Shown here in pieces: positions 27,996-40,926 of a stretch of 64,000 nt of DNA. The number at the start of each line of letters is the position of its first letter. The first letter of the stretch is position 1. This DNA comes from Ruditapes philippinarum. Taxonomy: Eukaryota. The translations under genes were made by a program, and so were the position numbers. The stretch spans positions 62,001 through 126,000 of the forward strand of contig NW_026865212.1 in NCBI RefSeq assembly GCF_026571515.1. Reading direction: 5' to 3'. A model generated the notes under the pieces. That model made no database searches, was not told the origin of the DNA, and was given only the letters and a program-made list of their open reading frames with translations.

Positions 27996-30473
27996 TAGAT
28001 GAAGATGTATTTTAATAAATGTATTCTTTAACCTTTACGTTAACGGTAATGACATCTCATTAAAGTTGTTCAACTATTTAAATGTCGAGAACGTTTACCA
28101 CTTTATTCCTCTGAGTGACTCTTATATTCGTATATATGTTTCCAGGTACTTGTGCCAATAAGAGATGGTGTCGTTATTGTAAGACGAAAAACAGATGTGT
28201 TTTTGTAAAGATCGTTCAAATAAAAAACAAATGCACACACCGCTTTCATATATCTGAACCAATAAATATCTACTATGGCACTATCAATTGTTTTAGCAGC
28301 AGCTTATGGTTTATCCTTGTCAAAAAATGATTGTTCAGCTTAAAAATGATGTAAAGCTGTATACATCACTGTCTATCAAAAATTCTCGGTTGAATGTACA
28401 TGTATGCATTTTATAGCCAATGATGATGGATATGAAAACTGTACTTATTCGGAACACTGTACAATGTACATATACATCTAAGTTAACTATATATATACAC
28501 ACTAGTTTGTACACGACATAAATAAAGATATTGTGGTGGAGATCTTTGTTTATTTGTTGTTTTTTATGATTATTCATTTGTCGAAATGGTAATGTAATTG
28601 AAGTATGAAAAACAGAAAGTGCAGTAGGTATTTCATGTATAATTTTACATACTTATAAGCAATCCGATAAAGGGCTGACTCGTAGACAAGGGTATATGGC
28701 CATTGTATAATAGACATAGTTGCATCTGTATGTTTGGATGCAATACAAAACTTGTGACCCCAATACACTTAAATTTTAAAAAAAAACAAAATACCACAGG
28801 GAAAAAATTTTTTAAAAATCGCATATCTATTGTTTTTACCAATTACATCTCAATTTAAAACTAAATACTGCAAAGATACGGGTTTTTAAAAACATATTTT
28901 TTGCCAAATTAATACTGTAAAATTTTTCATCTTTATAAATTTTAAAGGGGAAATCTTTATGGAAAAGGGTTACTGTCCATTGAATTCCCTGAAAAGGGGT
29001 TTTGAATACAGCATCTGGGTATTTTAAAATTCAAATAAACATTTTTATCTTTAATGACATTTGTCAAATTCATCAAGTTGACTGAACTGAATAATATTTC
29101 AAAAGATTGATGTTAAAAAAGGTAATTTACAACAGTTCTATTGAAAATTTTAGGATCTCCCGAAAAATAAAAAGACGCCCCGCTCTTTTTATGAAATGAA
29201 TGTTACAGGTAAATTCTAATGGATATTTACAAAAAAAATTCATATGAATCCATGCGTTGTTTATTGTTAATGTGAAATATTTTTTTATATGAAAAGGAAT
29301 TATGGCAAAATGTAAACTTATTTTGACATTCACTTGTGCACTCATTTATACCCTTGGATGGGCATAGTATCACTTTTAATGTAGTATATTGCTTAATGTT
29401 TAATACTGCTTAAGCCGGTGCTAAGGGGCGTGGACGGTCCCTTGCTCAATCAAAATGCAACATTTTCAATTTTGCCGTTTTGGACTTTCTATTGGGATTT
29501 TATTTGTTTCTATTTTAGGACAATACTTTTAAAAAGAAATGTTCAATAATTTTCAAGTCATTAATTTTAAAAATACCATACCTGGTTGATGTATTTGTAC
29601 TATTCTGTTCGAGGTTCTTACCCTTAGTTTGTCGTTAATTGCCCAAATTAATTCAATTGAGCGATTGATATGAATGGCCCTCTTTTAACAGAGACCAAAG
29701 GTTACAACTAGGGCAAAAAGTGCGGTCAACGATTATTATAGGTTTAAGTTCAAACATTTCTTTATTACCTTGTACTTATACAGATTTCAGGAAGTTCATT
29801 TGGACCACAGTACTGATGAAACATGGTAGTGATCATAGGAAGGAAGACGATTGTTACGTAACTTTTTGCGCCTTATTTCTAACAAAACCTGGCATTTGTT
29901 ATGACAGGGGTCAATGTCATTGAAAGAGGAAAATTTTGAAGGCAATAAATCGTGTTCTAATGTCGTCGTTTTTCCTTGTCCAACAAAAACGAAATCTATA
30001 CGCGTTAAAATATAGCTGGATATCTCATTTATGTATGTCAATTCAAAAACATAAATAAATAAAAACTTGTATTAAGTAACCTTTCCTTTCGTAAGCTTTG
30101 TTTTAGCGTTCTATGAAAAATATTTTAACTATCATTTCTATAAAACATATGTATCACTATATATATATTTGTTTAATTTATTTCCAACAAGCATGAATTA
30201 TGTAGCCATTATATTAACTAAACACAGCAAAATATTTAACATGACAATTAATTGTGAGGAATGGGCCACAAAATACCATCAAGAAGCTTTTTCGGAACCA
30301 CTTCACGCTTAAGTTAACTGGTTTTTCGAGTGCAAACTTAAAGTTTTGCAAGAAAATAATATTAACTTTTCCGACATAAATGTGCTTTATCCTATTCATT
30401 TGTGTTAATGGAGTTTTTGAAAACAAAGTATACGGTAATTTTATTAATAATTCTTTATATTCATTTCACATAT

Positions 30474-33017
30474 TTACATATGAGGGCATGCAATCCAATT
30501 TAGGGATGATCCGTAAATAATAGAATCAGCCCATGTCTTTACTGACAGCGTGGCGGAAGAAGTTGTTACAGCTGATACGTTTGACGCAATTCTCACATTA
30601 TGATCCGGATTCACATCCATCATCGCAAATGCAAGTGTTACAACAGGGACCTTTGTGAACGGGGGAGTAAAGTGAATAACTCGGTTTTCTGAACATTTTT
30701 GTATGGCGCATTCCATTGGGTATAAAGTTATTGACCCAGTTCGACCTGCCAAAAATATAAACAAGGTAATCATTATCGCAAGCTGTCCGTCGTTCGTGCG
30801 TAAGCAATTTCGTGACAGCTCACTAGTGGTTTCATTTCTTGTTTGATTTGAACCAAACTAACACTCAAATTTGTATTTCATCGAAAGACATTAATATAAT
30901 CTGTATAATAGCACTTAAAACCTTAAAGTTCAGAAACTGTTCAAATGTCGCTTAATATGGTTTTGATCGAGCATTTAGAAAATTCAAATTAGTCAGAATA
31001 TGGTCTTGTATTTGTTATTTTTTACCAAAATGTCCACTTTCAATTTCGTATTTAGTGTAACAGAATTAAAATATCAAATATGAACAGTAACTGTATTATT
31101 ATAGATTCTTTTTAAAAATAATAACTATCAAACTTACATCTTTCAAGTTTCTCAGCATTCAAACCAGCTTTAAGATCTGAAAGAAAGAAAAACATGACTA
31201 AGAGTCATAGCATGATTACAATTATTGCATTACCTAATGTTAAATGAAGGTTGTTCCCTGTTTTAAAGATTTTTCCCTTTGAATTTGTTTGTTGTTACTT
31301 TAAGCGAAAGACCCTGTAAAAAGAATTTTGTCAATGGGCAATACTACGTTTTATCAAAATTAAACATGTTACAAGCCAACGCCCATACACATTTGTGTTA
31401 CTTTTATACCCAATTCACCAAATTCTATTAGATGATTTATTGATAGATTTCTATTGTTTGTAGGCACAGACATAAGGACTTATTTCATTAAAAAAGTTTC
31501 TGCAGAAACTCTGGTCCGGTCATCTTAAAAATATTTACTACCTTTTTTCAGAGCCAGATAAGTTTTTTAAAAGAGCAACCACGTCTATTTTGAGCATAGA
31601 TAATACAAACCTACATGTCAAGACACATATATCGAAGTATTTTCCCCCATTTTAAGACAGATACTAGTACTCAAAAATAAATATAGATGATTTAAAATTC
31701 TAAATGAATATCCATTACAAAGCGTTTATATCTATATTTGGAGAGCTGAGTGAGATACTTGATTCAAAATATATATGGAATATTATTCTGTAGTACGAAA
31801 ATATTGAATGTGGTGTATGGATTATAGTTTAGAATTCAAGTAAAGCCCTGGAATTGATTTGTCCTATTCAGTTGTCTTGGTACTATTGACATTTGCTTGT
31901 AAATAAGGATGATTTTACTTTGGTTTCAGAAAAAATGTCAGGCTTTTATATGTATTATTTTGTTCTTGGAAATATGGATTATTGTTTGTTGGTCAGTATT
32001 GTCTCAGGTATGCGATTAAGCAAATAATTTTGGAAAGCAATCTCTGCACATAATTTTAACATCAACGATGGGTTTTATTTATTCATAAGAAGAACAATTA
32101 TTGAAGAAAATAAATTTATTTCATAATAAATAATGAAAATGCTGGAGAACTTAATAAATCATATGTTAATACATCATTTTTAGCAAAAAAAGTACATTAT
32201 ATGTAAAAAAATACAATATAATTAAAAGTTAAAGTGCTCATTAGTGTTTCATTTTTTGTATATTTTTTTGTGTCACAACTTTAGAATCTCTAGCTTACCG
32301 ACCAGAAAAATATAACTATGACTGCATTTCTATTTGGATTAACCTTGGTCATCTAAAACGCAATTTGCACGAAATAAACGGGTATCGTTAACTACTGAAC
32401 TGTAGTGTAACATTTAAAAAAAAGTACATGTGCATGACATACGTCGCAGAAGAGAACCGTTAACCTTATTAACATATGTGCACAAAGCCTGATCAATTTA
32501 ATTAAAGACTTAAAATAAATAATGTTGAAATAATGTGGATGTAGTGTCATCAAATTAAATACTTATGAGAACATAATTTACAACAAACGTGTATTTTACC
32601 TGCTCCTTATTTTGCATGTTCAGCCTTCAATTGAGCAACATCCTGATAATGTGTGACATTCAGCTGAGCAACATCCTTATAATGTGTGGCATTCAACTGA
32701 GCAACGTCCTGAGACTGTGTAGCCTTCAAGTTGGCAACTTTTTGGGAATATATAGCATCTAATTGACCCACCTCCTGATCATGTTTACCCTTCATATGAG
32801 CGATATCTTTGGCTTGGGAAGCCTTCAGTTGAGTGATATCTTTCGCATGGGAAGCCTTCAGTTGAGCAATAGTTGTATTTAGCTCCCCAATCTCAGTTCG
32901 AAGTTGATGTATGGCTTCTGCAATGGATACTGGATCATGAAGTAGAAGACGTTTATTCTCGCTGATGACTTCGCTCGATACAATTACTAAAAAGAACTGA
33001 ATGCATGAAAACTTCAT
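30474..33017 (-). pseudogene. Lectin gene L1: signal peptide, hendecad coiled coil, H-type lectin; nonsense codon at the end of exon 1
   Basis: Exons 33017-32600, 31176-31138 and 30745-30474 (phase-1 GT-AG introns). TAA at 32609-32607 where paralogues have GAA. Exon 3 is intact: F.PPF.KVP.V...MDVN...N.RI...VTTSSATL.V.TWAD..IY...LNWIAC. PolyA signal at 30445-30440. Confidence 0.85.
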
Positions 33018-33452
33018 TGTGTAACGTGGCAGCACTACGTTCCGTTGGTAAATGTTTCCTTCGTTGATTTGGTGCGCAAAGTACGATTACGAGTTTTTAG
33101 ATAAGCTGTGACATTTTAATAGTGTAAAGGTACTTTTAATTAATCACTCTTCTCTGCTATGCACATATTTGTTCATTTTTAGAAAATGACAATTATCGTG
33201 AGTGTTCATTATCAAAAACACTAAAATGTGTGGGGTACTTTTCATTTTACTACAAATGGCTCGCTTTTTATCTTTCCTAGCTTATAACTCATTAAATACA
33301 TTGTTATACATTCTAACTATACAAAAAGGGACAAAAGCGTTTTTCCTCGTTGTTAAATAAGATCATTATGTTTATGTGTTGAATTTTAGCAATATTGCAT
33401 GTTCTATCTATGTCTCATGCCTGTAATGTTTCTTACGCTCGCTTTTTTATAT

Positions 33453-34752
33453 AACAAGAGCTGTCACAGGAGATAGCGAAGCTCGACTAATAAAATACTG
33501 AACACAGTAAGGAAGACAAAACTATGAAAAATAATCAATTATGTATAAGTATGTATTAAGTTATAGTAAAAAAATAAAATAGTTAACATAAATTCCAAGA
33601 TCAAGGGGAATAATTCTAGAAATAGTCATGCTAGAGTTATGAACCGTGTCACACAACATGTGTGTAATGGTAAGAAATATATATTTGAACTTTGAAGTAG
33701 ATACCTTAAAAAGTAATGAAGTTATAAATCTGTAAATATTTCTTCAAGAGTTATGAACATTGTCACATAAAATGTAATTGATGATAAGGAATAAGTTTGT
33801 GAAGTTCGAGGTAGATACCTTTAAAACTAAAAATGTTATAGTATAAAAATAACATTTTTCTAGTAAAAGTTTATGGGGAGATAATTCTTGCAATATTGAT
33901 GCTAGATTTATGAACCTTGTCACATAACATGTGGTTAATGATAAGGTACATACATTTGAAGTATGAAGTTGATCCCTTAAGAAATAAATAAGTAACAGTA
34001 AAAAATAATATTTTTAAGGAAAATTCTAAGTTCAAGGGGAGATAAATCTGAAAATATTGGTGCTAGAGTTGTGAACCTTGCCACATAAGATGGGGATGAT
34101 GATAAGGTACATATATTTGAAGTATGAAGTTGATCCCTTAAGAAATAAAGAAGTAACAGTAAAAAATAATATTTTTTAAGGAAAATTCTAAGTTCAAGGG
34201 GAGATAAATCTGAAAATATTGGTACTTTGTCACATAACATGTGGTTAATGATAATGTACATATATTTGAAGTATGAAGTTGATCCCTTAAGAAATAAATA
34301 AGTAACAGTAAAAAATAATATTTTTTAAGAAAAATTTTAAGTTCAATTGGAGATAAATATCAAGATATTGGTGCTAGAATTATGAACCTTGTCACATAAG
34401 ATGGGGATGATGATAAGGTACATATATTTGAAGAATGAAGTTGATCCCTTAAGAAAAAAGATGTAACAGTCAAAAATAGTATTTTTTTAAGGAAAATTCT
34501 AAGTTCAAGGGGAGATGAATCTGAAAATATTGGTTCTAGAGTTATGAACCTTGTCACATAAGATGTGCTTGATGATAAGGAAAATATATTTGAAGTTTGA
34601 AGTTGAAACCTTAAGAAATGACAAAGTTATAGTGAAAAAATTTTACTGCACCTAAACTTTAATCTGAAATCTGGACGCGGACGCAGATGCCGACGCCGAC
34701 GCCGGGGCGAGTAGGGCAGCTCTCCATATTCTTCGTTTAGTCGAGCTAAAAA
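33453..34752 (-). mobile_element. Helentron/HINE-like non-autonomous element with an internal ~161-bp satellite array
   Basis: Subterminal inverted repeat GCTCGACTA (33481-33489) / TAGTCGAGC (34738-34746), a (GACGCC)n microsatellite at 34675-34703 and a terminal stem. Units recur at 33968, 34129, 34278 and 34440. Absent from the paralogous site at ~38160. Confidence 0.85.
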
Positions 34753-34915
34753 TCACTTCAAGTAAATAACAATACATGATGATTAGCATGCATTGTAAGA
34801 AACAAAATGTACACCTTAATATAAAATATAAAAATTCCAAGCCTTACAGGCCATTTGATATTTGAACTAAATAAAACAAGACACATTTATTTGCATATTT
34901 ATATATTTATTAAAT

Positions 34916-37694
34916 TTACATGTTTGGACATGCAATCCAGTTAAGGCTTGATAGGTAGATAACTGTATCAGCCCATGTATGGACGGTTAACGTTGCAGAA
35001 GACGTTGTTACAGCTGATACGCTTGACCCAATTCGAAAATTTCTATCCTTATTGACATCCATAGATGAAAAAGCGAATGTGACTACTGGAACCTTTGTAA
35101 ACGGGGGAGAAAAGTGAATAACTTGACTCTCTGAACATTGTTGCTGGGCGCATTCTTCGTGGTGGAAACCTATCGATCCTGTCCGACCTGTCAAAAATCA
35201 ATTTTATGCCAATCAATTTACTAGTATGTTTGTGTTATCTTTAGTTTTAGAGATTAGAGAGTGTTTATGTTACTAGTTTGTAATTATTGTAATCGTTGTT
35301 TGGCGCATTCCTCATGGTGGAAACTTATTGACCTAGTTCAACCTGTCCAAATATATATATAGTGGTCACGGTGAGCTTTGTGATTGCATTATATCGGTCG
35401 TCCATGCGTTAGACCGTGCGTCAGAAAGTTCCTGTCAGCTCAGTGTAGTTTCATTTTTTTGTTTGATTTGAATTAAACTAACACACAATTGGTATCATAT
35501 AAAATAAAAAAATAAAATTGAAACATCAAATTTGAACAGTGACTTATAATAAGAGATTTTACATAAGTATAATAACTATCATACTTACATCTTTCAAGTT
35601 TCTCAGCATTCAAACCAGCTTTAAGATCTGAAAAATAGCAATCACAGCATAAATACCATTTTTGAAATAGAGAGAATTCTACCAAATATAAAATGAAGGT
35701 TGTTCACTGTTTACTGTTTAACAGATTTTTTGCTTTACATTTGTTTGTTGTAACTTAAAGCAAAAGGCCCTGCCAAAGAAAAAACAAGAAAAAAAACTCT
35801 CGGACAATGGATCCGGATTTCGTAAATGTTACGATTAATCAAAAATTATTCCTGTTACAAGGCAACGCCCATACGCTAACTTTGTACTTTGGAGATAATG
35901 TGTGGTTCATATATTTTACATACTGTATGTAGAATAGAAATAAAAAATTCAAAACCCGTGCTTCTTTTAACTTATCGGAAAATGCTGATAATTGTGATAC
36001 ACAGTGTTATTATATCACCACAGTATTTTATAAATTTATCGCGTGGCAAATCTGTATATATATTTGCATCTTATTTGTCTATAATTAACGAGATGGAGTC
36101 TATATCAAATATGTTACATCGAAATACTGAATCAAATTGAGAAATATTCTATTTTGTTATAGTATTTGATATATTAAGGAATTCATTGGCATTATTTAGT
36201 TCTTGGAAATATGGATTATTGTTTGTTGATCAGTATTATCTCGGGCATATGATTAGGCAAATAATTTCGGACAGCCATCTCTTTCGCTGCACCTATAATT
36301 TTAACATCAACTATCGGGTTTTATTTATTCATAAGAAAAAAACGGTTGATTGATATCGTCCGGTACCTACCATCAAGATCAAATATTGAAGAAAATAGAT
36401 TTATTTCATAATAAAAAAGAATTTGTAGGAGAACTTAATAAATATACATACAATGTAATTAAAAGTAAATGTTCATTAGTGTTTCATTTTTTTTATCAAT
36501 ATCTTTGATGTCACAACTTTAGAATTCCTGGCTTGTACCAACCAGAAAAATATAACTATGACTGCATTTCTATTTGAATTAACCTTGTTCATCTAAAAGG
36601 GAATGTGCACAAAATAAACGGAGTAGCATTTAAAAAAGTACATGCACATTGATACGTCGCAGAAGAGAACTTTTAAAGGGATGACAAAAAAATCAAAATT
36701 ATCTTATGTACTCAAATCACACTAAAATGAAATTTGTAAAAGTCCCAGCATGAATTTCTGTATAAATTCTTTTTTGGCGGTTTGAAGCGTAAATATTTTT
36801 ATATATGTTGAACAAAATTGAGCCGCCAAGAGAATCACCGAGTAGTTTTAAAACTGGATCAAACCCTGGTAGTTACAATTACAGCTATTGTGGATATTGT
36901 ATGATTGGCACAAACCTAAATCATTCATTTGGCGTTTTCTTTAACGATTCCAGACTTCTCTGTTAAAAGTAATGTGGAATCTTAACGCTCTAACCTTACC
37001 TGCGTAGGTCAAGTTAGGAAACCACCATTTTATTCCTTATAAGCTGAAAAGTTTTGTTCCTGTGATTGCCTAGTGTACTCATTTTGAGGAAATTTGCAGA
37101 TTAATAAATGAAAAATTCAAAACGAAGAAATAAAAATTTTGCTTGTGTCTCCCTTTAACCTTATTTACATATGTGCACAAAGCATGACCAATTTAATTAA
37201 AGACTACAAGAAACTATTTTTTTAAATCATGTGGATGTAGTGTACATATGAGAACTTATATTACAACAAACTTTACCTGCTACTTCTTTTGCGTGTTCAG
37301 CTTTTAGTTGGGCAACATTCTGATAATGTGTGACATTCAACTGAGCAACATCCTGGAAATGTTTGGCATTTAATTGAGCAACATCCTTATAATGTGTGGC
37401 ATTCAACTGAGTAACGTCCTGAGACTCTGTTGCCTTCAAGTTGGCAACTTCTTGAGAATATAAAGCATCTAATTGTCCCACCTCCTGATCATGTTTAGCC
37501 TTCATTTCAGTGATATCTTTCGCATGGGAAGCCTTCAGTTGAGCTATAGTTGTATTAAGCTCCCCAATCTCAGTTCGAAGTTGATGTATGGCTTCTGCAA
37601 TGGATACTGGATCATGAAGTAGAAGACGTTTATTCTCGCTGATGACTTCGCTCGATACAATTACTAAAAAAAGCTGAATGCATGAAAACTTCAT
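34916..37694 (-). CDS. Lectin gene L2: secreted coiled-coil / H-type lectin, 242 aa, intact
   Basis: Exons 37694-37277 (418 nt), 35627-35589 (39 nt) and 35187-34916 (272 nt) join in an open frame. MKFSCIQLFLVIVSSEVIS leader, 8 eleven-residue repeats, DLKAGLNAEKLER linker and H-type lectin domain. PolyA signal at 34891-34886. Confidence 0.92.
35296..35347 (-). pseudogene. Relic 5' fragment of a lectin exon 3 inside L2 intron 2
   Basis: Minus strand ttggacag|GTTGAACTAGGTCAATAAGTTTCCACCATGAGGAATGCGCC translates as a decayed (C)*TRSISFHHEECA. Confidence 0.75.
36677..37154. mobile_element. Kolobok-like MITE inserted at TTAA in L2 intron 1
   Basis: TTAA-AGGGATGACA...TGTCTCCCT-TTAA. The paralogous L1 intron has a single TTAA at ~32460. 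A related fragment lies at ~18455-18570. Confidence 0.8.
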
Positions 37695-38371
37695 TGTGTA
37701 ACGTGGCACTACTACGTTCCGTTAGTAAATGTTTCCTTCGTTGCTTTGGTGCGCAAAATATGATTACGAATATTTAGATAAGATGTGGTATTTTAATAGT
37801 TTGTTCCAATTTCGTTAAAGGTACTTGTAGTAAACCACTCTTCTCTGCCATTAACATATTTCTCATTTTTATAAAATGAAAGCTATCGTGAGTGTTTTTC
37901 TATCAAAATACTGAAATATGTGGGTCCTTTTAATTTTTATAAAAATGGCACACCTTTTGTCTATTCTAGCTTACAACTCATTAAATACGTTGTATTACAT
38001 TCTTAACTATACAAAAAGGGACAATAGAGTTTTTCCTCGTTGTTGTATTAGAGCATTGTCTTTATGTGTGTTATTTTAGCAATAATGCATATTCTATCCA
38101 TGTTTTATGCATGTTTTGTTTCTTATTAAATACATTAATTGCAAACGCTCGCTTTTTGTGAAAACACCATGTCTCCAAGCAAATAACGAATAAGGCACGA
38201 TGATAAGCATGCATTATAAGAAAAATATTAATGTTAAACTATATTATGCATACTTGTATTTTTTATAAAATATTTATAAAATATAAAAAATACCAAGTCT
38301 TACAGGCCATTAGATATTCGAACAATATAAAACAAGACACATTTATTTGCACATTTATATATTTCATAAAT

Positions 38372-40819
38372 TTACATATTTGGACATGCAATCCAGTTAA
38401 GGCTTGATCCGTAGACAACTGAATCAGCCCATGTATTGACTGTTAACGTAGCAGAAGACGTTGTTACAGCTTTGACGATGGACCCAATCCGAAAATTTCT
38501 ATCCTTATTGACATCCATAGCTGAAAAAGCGAATGAGACTACAGGAACCTTTGTAAACGGGGGAGAAAAGTCGATAACTTGACTCTCTGAACAGTGTTGC
38601 TGGGCGCATTCTTCGTGGTGGAAACCTATCGATCCTGTCCGACCTGTCAAAAAATCAATTTTATGTCAATCAATATATTTGTGTTGTCTTTGTTTAAAGA
38701 GACAAGTATTTAAACCAGGGTGTTTATTTCAGTTTTTATTTATGGTAATCGTAGTTTTAATCTGTCTTTTTGATAGCAAAGTGCAAGGCTTCAAGCAGAT
38801 TAAGTTTGGTCAATAGTCATGGATGAGTAAAATAACGTTTAGGATTTATGACCACAAACATGATATTTCTTTAATCACATGGCTTCATATCAATATGCAA
38901 ACATTTAAAGAAATATACACGTTTTATGTGCTTTATCAAAATAAAAAAAATTTGAAAGTTGAGATCGATAGAAATGAAAGTTGAAAATCGATGACTCGGT
39001 TGTAGTAAGTCATGTGCCAACATAACATCATGTTTAGCTGTTTAAATATATATTATGATTAAATTTGATATTTGAAATAAAACTGATAATTACTTTACAT
39101 TCTCTTTTGAAATGTAAAAAAAAACATCTTTTGAATACACTCAGAGAAAAAAGGTTATGTTTTAAACTCTACACATTATAGGTAATCACAGTATGATTGC
39201 GTAGTGTCATTAAAATAATGGCAGTTTTTATACAAAAAAAACAAGCTAATTTGACAAGCAATAGAAAATAAAGCTGCCCAATCAAAATAAATACATTCAC
39301 TTCAAATAATGACCCAGAATCCGTTAAGAAAATATGATGTGATAGAGCAATGTTTAGAGAAATCTAAGCCTATAGTTACGAAATTATTTAGGATTATTAA
39401 CATATTGAATTCTATCTTGAAGCGCCAATAATTGTGCGTCATCTGGTTAATGATAAACTATGTTAATGTTTGGGTAAAAAGGTTCTATCGCAGAAATTTA
39501 TTGAAATCAAGTCAATCTTCTTGAATATGTCTACCTCAGGTGTCCCTCTATACATTTTACAGGCACAAACAGCCATCTGAGTAGAACCACTGACATTCCA
39601 TAAGCTAGCTGGATAGCTTTCTTACATCAAAGAATCCGAAGACGCTAGTGCGACTCAAAACTACAGCGGTTTGAAGTCAACGACCTTAACCACTCGCCTA
39701 CGGACGCCCATGAAGCCAATACTGTTGAGAATGATCAAGCACACACAGATCTGCTGCGTTCTTTGATTAAAATTGGACAGTTGGATGTTATCCATGACAA
39801 AGAAAAATTAAGCGATGATCCAAGTATTCTTTCCCGTGACTACAGATTTATTAAAACCTTATCTGCAGCTTCCGCTTATAAATTGGTTCACCATTTAACT
39901 CGCCATGTATTCCCGTAATTGGTTTCGTAAAAAATAAACTTAAAGATAACCAGTGGGTATATGTTTCAAAAGAATTTACACAAACGTAGTAATCATCATA
40001 CTTACATCTTTCAAGTTTCTCAGCATTTAGACCAGCTTTAAGATCTGAAAGAAAAAAAAACATAACAAGATCTATAGGGTCAAAGTATATTAACATTGTT
40101 GAATACTAAATGCAAAATTGTGGTTAAGCTCAAGTGAGATTCCCTGTAAAGATGTGTTTGAAGACCTTTTATTTGTTGCGTCTAAAGCTATAGGTTCACA
40201 CATTTTCTAACCTTACAACTCAATCCCAAATAGAGAGGAAATTATAAGTATTCTAAAGGTATCAGAACTCCTGGACATATATTGACGAAAAAAAAACTGT
40301 GCACTTGGGTTTAACTGTTGTTTTTTCAGGCTAGTCTTGTAAAAACATTTAAATGGCACCATAATCTAGATATTCATCCGCCAACATGATGCAGTGTATT
40401 GTGTCATAATAAAAAATAAACGCCGCTATTTGTTTTTTTTTTCACGATTCCAGTTAATATGCCGGTATATAACTAAAGGAACATTTTTTTCATGTTTATG
40501 TGGATACAATTTAAACCAAATCGTGCATTCATAAACCTGTCCCCCTTACTAAATGAGTTTTACCTGCTACTTCTTTTGCGTGTTCCGCTTTCAGTTGAGC
40601 AACATCACGAGAATGTGTGGCATTCAAATGAGCAACATCCTGGGAGTGAGAAACCATCATTTGAGCAATAGTTGTATTCAGCTCTTCAATCTTTGTTCCC
40701 AGTTGATGTAAGGCATTAGCAATAGATTCTGGATCGTGGAGAAGTAGACGTTTGCTTTCTAGGCTGCAAGATTCATGCAATAAAATTGCCAAAAGGAACT
40801 GAATAAGTAAAGATTCCAT
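38372..40819 (-). CDS. Lectin gene L3: secreted coiled-coil / H-type lectin, 188 aa, intact
   Basis: Exons 40819-40564 (256 nt), 40044-40006 (39 nt) and 38643-38372 (272 nt). MESLLIQFLLAILLHESCS leader, KRLLLHDP, 3 eleven-residue repeats and H-type lectin domain. Confidence 0.92.
39575..39709 (-). mobile_element. tRNA-derived SINE relic
   Basis: Minus strand GGGCGTCCGTAGGCGAGTGGTTAAGGTCGTTGACTTCAAA head. Body shared with 45245-45438 and 49150-49286. Confidence 0.7.
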
Positions 40820-40882
40820 AGTGCACTGACCTATAACTTAACATATGTTTGTGAACTTCGTAATATTTTAGTTTAATTGTTC

Positions 40883-40926
40883 TTATCTAGATAAAATTTG
40901 ACATTATATTAAATCACCTTTTATAA
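40883..40926 (-). promoter_or_regulatory. Candidate core promoter of L3 (TATA-like box and palindromic double GATA site)
   Basis: TATAAAAG on the minus strand ~100 bp upstream of the ATG, and palindrome TTATCTAGATAA at 40883-40894. The same sequence lies upstream of L5, but within a recent duplication. Confidence 0.3.

Larger units (their letters stand above)
16585..28208 (+). pseudogene. O-methyltransferase copy 2 (OMT2), MysB-like; complete 6-coding-exon structure with an in-frame TAA
   Basis: Exons 16585-16707 (MVKDIRDPAIVEM...TLAE, GC donor), 17086-17242, 18145-18354, 25439-25539, 26396-26554 and 28146-28208, with compatible phases. The last four exons are the same sizes as in OMT1 (210, 101, 159, 63). 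TAA at 25483-25485 where OMT1 has CAA. About 270 codons in total. Confidence 0.85.

Noticed and set aside
805-28208. Bacterial contamination or a mycosporine operon
   Set aside because: The OMT genes have spliceosomal introns filled with animal transposons, and no mysA/C/D-like sequence was seen.
33977-34840. Short ORFs including an ASASAS tract
   Set aside because: Translations of satellite units and the (GACGCC)n microsatellite of a non-autonomous element.
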